The notes under the pieces were generated by a model, which was not told the DNA's origin, did not search any database, and saw only the letters and a program-made list of their open reading frames with translations. This document shows, in pieces, positions 62,341 to 64,000 of a stretch of 64,000 bases of DNA. The DNA lies in the NCBI GenBank assembly GCA_023484805.1, contig JAMDAM010000009.1, positions 3,561 through 67,560 on the forward strand. Direction: 5' to 3'. Source of the DNA: Thermoplasmatota archaeon. Lineage in GTDB: Archaea; Thermoplasmatota; Thermoplasmata; Thermoplasmatales; Thermoplasmataceae. The translations under genes and the position numbers were made by a program. How positions within the stretch are numbered: position 1 is the first letter of the stretch; each line of letters starts with the position of its first letter.

Positions 62341-63639
62341 CTAGTCCCGATCGTAACGGATGGCACATATATCTGACACATTGGTTCCGGTGAATCCGGT
62401 GATCAGTGCCGATCCGCCCTTTGACAACAGTGTATATGAATCGTTATCCCTGAGATATTCCTCTACACCAATCTTTTTGAGTGTGGACATGGAGCTGTCA
62501 TCTATGATCGCCCCCATTGCAGGACTCTTTCCGTCAATGCCATCGGTCCCGATGGCCAGAACAGTGTAATGTTCCCCTGGTTCCATCTCAAGGGCAAAAC
62601 GAACCGCAAGTTCCTGATTTCTTCCACCCTTGCCACTGCCAGTAACCCGGACTGTTGTCTCGCCTCCAAACACCAACCAGAATCCATGCCCCTTAAGATC
62701 ATATATTGACCTGCAGGTTCCGGCAATATACGCGGAAACTGTGGTAACATCACCTCTGATATCGCTGCCGAGCACGGCAACATCACCGCATCGCTCTTCT
62801 ATGAGTTTTGACAACCCAGCCACAAAGTCGTGATTCCTGAGAACGATTGTATTAGACACCCTGTTGAAGTATTTCCTGTCGGTAATCGCATTTGACGCAC
62901 TGATCAGGTCATCGGCTCTGTAGCCGCACAGTCCTGAGTATTTTGTGATAGTGTCGTTGATGAACATCCTGTCAGCGGATGGAGCATTAAGGGGACCGGA
63001 GGCTATGACGGAAATGTCATCGCCTATGACATCCGATATTATGTATGCTTTCACTGTTGCAGGGTAAAGCACCCTGGCTAATTTTCCAGACTTGACAGCA
63101 GACATTGCCCCTCGCACCACATTCATCTCCCTTATGTCTGCCCCATTGAGCATCATGCATTTGCCTATGCGGGAAATCTCGTCTATGGTGAAGCCTGGCT
63201 CAGGCTCCTCAAATAGGGCAGACCCGCCGCCTGAGATCAGCACAAAAACAATGTCGGTGTCGTTCAGGGTTCCCAGGTCTCTAAGCATGGTTTCAGTTGC
63301 TTCTACACTCCTGGAGCTGGTCTCCGGATGCGTGCCTCTCAGTATCCTGAGTTCGTCAAATGTATTCTCTGTCTCCATTTGATCAGGCACTATTATGTCA
63401 GCAACTACGGGCATTTTTTGCAGGAATTTCCTCATGCCGGCATACATACTGTATGCCGCCTTGCCAAATCCGACAATGAATATACGGCTATGGGAGACGC
63501 TAAGGCTTGAGATCTCCCCACGATATTTTCCCATGGAGTTTTCTGGGCTCAGTGCATCAAATAATCCGGGAAGTGCTTCAATGAGGGATTTTCCATTCTT
63601 TCCAATCTTAATTTCACTGGCATTTTTCACAGATAACAT
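62341..63639 (-). CDS. gck: Glycerate 2-kinase (MOFRL family)
   Basis: GFGKA, LISGGGSAL, SDVIGD, GGETTV, GGRNQE, GTDGIDG, TGTNV.D. Confidence 0.93.
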   Translation of the reverse strand: MLSVKNASEIKIGKNGKSLIEALPGLFDALSPENSMGKYRGEISSLSVSHSRIFIVGFGKAAYSMYAGMRKFLQKMPVVADIIVPDQMETENTFDELRILRGTHPETSSRSVEATETMLRDLGTLNDTDIVFVLISGGGSALFEEPEPGFTIDEISRIGKCMMLNGADIREMNVVRGAMSAVKSGKLARVLYPATVKAYIISDVIGDDISVIASGPLNAPSADRMFINDTITKYSGLCGYRADDLISASNAITDRKYFNRVSNTIVLRNHDFVAGLSKLIEERCGDVAVLGSDIRGDVTTVSAYIAGTCRSIYDLKGHGFWLVFGGETTVRVTGSGKGGRNQELAVRFALEMEPGEHYTVLAIGTDGIDGKSPAMGAIIDDSSMSTLKKIGVEEYLRDNDSYTLLSKGGSALITGFTGTNVSDICAIRYDRD

Positions 63640-63767
63640 ACAAACTCCTCCACCTATGCCTGCAACTTCCCTTCAGTAACGATAAAGATAATAAAAACAA
63701 GCACCCAATTTATCCAAAAAAAAATAGTTCTGGTTTGGGTTGCTAAAATTCAAATGTGTTTCAATGT

Positions 63768-64000
63768 TCACTCATATTCAACGTCGAGCCCTGACATAAG
63801 CCACTTCATGATTCCGCCATCCGCGTTGTAAACGTTATCCAGTCCATTATCCATGAGGTATTTTGCAGCATAGTAGCTGCGCTCTCCACTGTTGCATATG
63901 AGAATTATCTTTTTGCCGCTGTGAGCCTTTATTGATTCCATCCTGTCAGGTATCTCCCCCATGGGAATGTGAATTGAGTTCTTCACGTGCCCCGTGTCAC
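63768..64000 (-). CDS. Rhodanese-domain protein (5'-truncated by window edge)
   Basis: GH..NSIHIP, ICNSGERS, GGI..W. Confidence 0.88.
   Translation of the reverse strand, partial: DTGHVKNSIHIPMGEIPDRMESIKAHSGKKIILICNSGERSYYAAKYLMDNGLDNVYNADGGIMKWLMSGLDVEYE

Noticed and set aside
227-63679. Numerous 60-210 aa alternative-frame and antisense ORFs in the track
   Set aside because: They overlap well-supported genes and have no motifs of their own

Overview
Mostly core chromosome of an archaeon, most likely Thermoplasmatales. The placement rests on proteasome beta + aCPSF1, grpE-dnaK-dnaJ, class II HMG-CoA reductase, split transketolase + transaldolase, GGGP/DGGGP synthases and an intron-containing tRNA-Tyr. 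About 70 genes are identifiable by motif. Main points of interest: (1) a four-gene minimal type IV secretion-like operon (VirB2-like pilin, VirB6-like membrane protein, PrgI/VirB3-like protein, VirB4-like ATPase; 52261-55990) among housekeeping genes, with no relaxase, coupling protein or integrase nearby, so a candidate domesticated Ced/Ted-like DNA-transfer system; (2) a Cas4-like nuclease split into two membrane-anchored halves, tightly packed between smc-scpA and tyrS; (3) a ribbon-helix-helix regulator followed by a degenerate, truncated FtsZ-like gene, reminiscent of cdrS-ftsZ2; (4) two IS200/IS605 tnpB 3'-end (omegaRNA-like) relics; (5) a hyaluronan/chitin-synthase-like GT2, a DipZ-like protein lacking its redox cysteines, and a probable ATT start codon. 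All calls come from motif recognition by eye; no database searches were run.
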